Part shown: in pieces, positions 60,529-64,000 of the stretch
How positions within the stretch are numbered: the stretch's first letter is position 1
How the letters are laid out: each line of letters starts with the position of its first letter
Assembly (NCBI RefSeq): GCF_021028975.2
Contig: NC_059430.1
Location: 120,962,001-121,026,000, forward strand
Source of the DNA: Sphaerodactylus townsendi
Taxonomy: Eukaryota
Direction of reading: 5' to 3'
DNA length: 64,000 nt
Position numbers and translations under genes: made by a program
The notes under the pieces: model-generated
Database searches by the model: none
What the model saw: the letters and a program-made list of their open reading frames with translations, nothing else
What the model was told of the DNA's origin: nothing

Positions 60529-62196
60529 GTCAATGTACATTTTTTCACCTAACACCCCAGTCAAAATTTGGTGCTCCAGTCAATTGGAGGGAGAGAATGA
60601 CCTGAGGATAAATAGAGAGCCACACAAAGACACATTGGAATAATTAGTTGTAATAGGAATACTAGAGGACAGCAATGGCAAACAGCCCCTAAATATCTCT
60701 TGCCAGGAAAATCCTGTGGGGTCACCATAAATCTGCTGCTACTGGACTGCAAAAACATGAAGTCTTTAGAGAATCTTCTAGAAAGACTGATTCACTGGAG
60801 CCTTTCATGTAGCTATTGTAAGTTCCATCCTGGTAATTAGGACCTTCAGAAAAGGCCCTTCAGTTTTCGTTGTGTAAGCATCAAACTATGTGCAAATGCA
60901 TATAACAAAGCCCCCCCCCCCCCCCGGAGGCTGGGATTTTGAGCAGCGGAATTTGGAAAGGGAAGAAATGTTCAACTTTTGGCTTAGGGCCCATATTTCT
61001 CCTCAGCTCCTCCACCCATGTGGGCTTTTCCCAATAGAGTGTAGATCAAGGATCCCCAATGTGGTGCCCATGACAACTTCTATCATGCTCACCAAGTGTT
61101 TTTAGAAAGTGAGATGGGCCAGGGGGACTTTTGCCCAGTATGGCTTCCGATTGGCCATTAGAGGTTTGATTGGCTGTGCAGATAATCTTTTTTGAAAAAT
61201 ATAGTTTTAGCAGCATCTCTCATCACAGCAAAATAATCTTAGGTGTGTGACTGAGATAAAGGTGCTCGGGAGCAGACCAGGTGCTCGGGATCAGCAGCAG
61301 CAGCAGCAGCAGCAGAAGGCCATTGCTTTCACATCCTGCATGTGAGCTCCCAAAGGCATCTGGTGGGCCACTGCGAGTAGCAGAGTGCTAGACTAGATGG
61401 ACTCCGGTCTGATCCAGCAGGCTCTTTCTTCTGTTTTTATGTTCTTAAAGCGGCATCAGCCAATTTTGTGGCTGTGCCCACAAAAGACCCATACACTGAG
61501 AACTATGCCCTACACTGTGAATTCAAAAGGTGCCGGCGAGCCCGGAAGGGTAGGGGACCCCAGTATAGATCTGTGTGTCTGAATGGACAAAATTTCCCCT
61601 GCCAGTTGCTTTTAGAAATGTAACAGTTGCTGTTCCTCCATCCCACCCCGCCTCCATTTTTCACTATTCTAACATTTACATTGTTTGCTGATTAAATCTT
61701 TCCTGGTATTTGTCACGTCTCACTAGCAATCACCGTTGTAGAATTAACTTCCTTGTATCATTGGTAGTGATGGTTTCAGCTTCTTTATCATAATACATGG
61801 TGTTGGGTAAAATTCAAAGGAGATTTAGAAAGACTGAAAATACATAAGAGTGCATTCCTTTGGCTTCTGTGTATTGAAGGAACCTTCATGTTTTAGAACC
61901 TGGATGGGGGCAGAGGTCTGCAGCAAGATTACCTCCTGAATTTGCTTTAATTCTTTATATTTTAAACAACATTTCTGACAATGTATAAAGGTAAGGTCTG
62001 ATGTAAAAAAAATACTATGTCACAAGATGGAATCTGGCAAGTTGATACTTAACACTGCAAACATTAAGACTCGTCTTAAGAGCAATCTATTCATAGTTGT
62101 CCCTTCAAAATTTCAAAACAAACTCAAATCTGAATTTCAAATATCCGCCTAATTTCAAATGTAGGCAAAATTACCAACCCATCCCCCCCCCCCCTC

Positions 62197-62592
62197 TCTT
62201 TCTCATAATACTAGAACCAGGGGGTATATATTGAAAATGCTGGGGGGAAGAATTAGACTAATAAAAGGAAACATTTCTTCACACAACGCGTGATCGGTGT
62301 TTGGAATATGCTGCCACAGGAGGTGGTGATGGCCACTAACCTGGATACCTTTAAAAAGGGCTTGGACAGATTTATGGAGGAGAAGTCGATTTATGGCTAC
62401 CAATCTTGATTCTCTTTGATCTGAGATTGCAAATGCCTTAGCAGACCAGGTGCTCGGGAACAGCAGCCGCAGAAGGCCATTGCTTTCACCTCCTGTATGT
62501 GAGCTCCCAAAGGCACCTGGTGGGCCACTGCGAGTAGCAGAGTGCTGGACTAGATGGACTCTGGTCTGACCCAGCAGGCTCTTTCTTATGTC
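62197..62592 (+). mobile_element. CR1 LINE 3' fragment (shorter copy at ~61270-61447)
   Basis: Same CR1 3' end sequence. Confidence 0.85.
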
Positions 62593-64000
62593 TGCCGGAG
62601 GCAGCAAGCTAGGCTAATTTGACTCAGCCTTCGCTTGTAACAAGATACATCCCCCCAAAAAACAAAACCCAAAACCCAGTTTACCAGGTAGGTGTTCCTC
62701 AGGATGTCAAGGATGTTCCAGTTCTCAGGTGAAACACATGGAGTGGGGTTTTCAGATGTCCCCCCCTCAGCTTTCTCTATAACTCAGATTTCATTTGGCA
62801 ATAGGAAAAGCTGCTATGGTCTCTTGAGGCGATAAGCGAGCAAATTTCATGAGGTGTTCTTATATATCATTGGAGGAGGAATTAGTTAGCGTTTCCTGGT
62901 GGGTGAGGTATTCACAAAACAAAGGGCACTGTCATATTATCCTCCAAGATGCACTCCTCCTTATGGGACAGATTCTCCCCCACCCCCCCGCCGCCCCCTA
63001 ATTGTTTGCACACAAAGTTTCCATCTTGGCTGTGAACTTGTTAGCAGATTAACTTGACAAAGGCGAGGTGAAAAATGAAACTGTTAGTTCTCAAAAGTTT
63101 GCTGAGTGTTGCTGGGGAAACACTGTGTTAAATTCTTGTGCAGACACATGAAAACACTGAAGTCTCCTTATACTGAGTCAGACTTTTGGTCTATGAAAAG
63201 CTAAAAGTGGTTATGGTATCAGACAAACATCTTGGCAAACTTTAAATCCTCGCTTGACCTTGCAGTGAGTCTTGTTTATTCTGGATCAGCCTAATCTGCC
63301 TTACTGGGTTATTGTGACAATAAAATGAAGGATGTAAGCTGCTTGGATTCCCCACTGGGAAGAAAGGTGGGGTATAAATGACTCAACAGTGCTGCCTACA
63401 TTTCAGAGACTTGGTTTAAACTAGGTCAACATCAGTGTGGGACCAGGATATGGTGAAAGCAGAACTGTGTGGAAAGAAATCTGTGGTAGGGTTGCCAGCC
63501 TTCCAGCGAGGCCTGAAAATCTAACAGAAGTACTCAGCTCTCTATAATTCCCTGGAGAAAATGGCGGCTCTTGATAGTGGATTCTAGGGCATCACACCCC
63601 TGCTGAGTTCTCCCCCTGGCCCAAACTCCACTCTCCTGAGCCTCTGTCCCCTCAATCTCCAGGAAATTCCCAACCCAGAATTGGCAACCCTGGAAGAGTC
63701 AGAACCAACGGTGGGTAGGTCTGGGTGACAGAGAAAGTGACTCAAAATGGGAAGCAAAGTAAGGTATGAAGGAAGCAGAGATGGATTCTGGTTTATTGGG
63801 GTTTGTGTGTGAGTGTTTAAAGTTCCTTTCTAGTTATGTCCTGATGATGGGGTGGAAGAGTTTGGAAAACCCATAGAAAGTGGAAAGAAAACTTTGGCTA
63901 TTTACATATGCTTTACTTACCTAATGACTGTTTGCTTCTCAGTGGGGTTTTCCCATGGTTTTTTTGTTTGCACAGGGGTTCTCTTCCTGCAAAGTGCTCC

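Overview
Vertebrate genomic DNA, most likely a squamate reptile (probably a gecko, judged from CR1, tRNA-derived SINE, SPIN-type hAT MITE and Penelope content). It keeps the KCNN4-SMG9-IRGC order and orientation known from human 19q13.31. From left to right: (1) the last five coding exons of KCNN4 (+). (2) A GC-rich, frameshift-ridden multi-C2H2 zinc-finger gene (-, about 14.9-17.0 kb) that sits head-to-head with SMG9 across a CpG-island promoter. (3) Complete SMG9 (+, 13 coding exons, 510 aa). (4) An IRGC-like immunity-related GTPase (-) with one local frameshift. (5) A second CpG island (49.7-50.65 kb) carrying ISRE/IRF and NF-kB motifs. (6) A gene I cannot assign to a family (+, 53671-54575), encoding a roughly 300-aa membrane-anchored protein made of two roughly 90-aa repeats, head-to-head with the IRG gene. 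(7) An unassigned gene for a signal-peptide, low-complexity, probably GPI-anchored protein (-, 58423-60528). The best candidate for an undescribed system is the IRG GTPase plus tandem-repeat membrane protein sharing a putative interferon/NF-kB bidirectional promoter. Other highlights are a SPIN MITE whose target-site duplication copies an SMG9 splice donor (a possible poison extension in an NMD gene), hammerhead-ribozyme cores in Penelope relics, and MITEs carrying the ZNF143/THAP11 promoter motif. Garbled patches suggest long-read consensus errors, so the frameshifts may be artefacts. All gene and family assignments are by recognition from memory; no database search was run.
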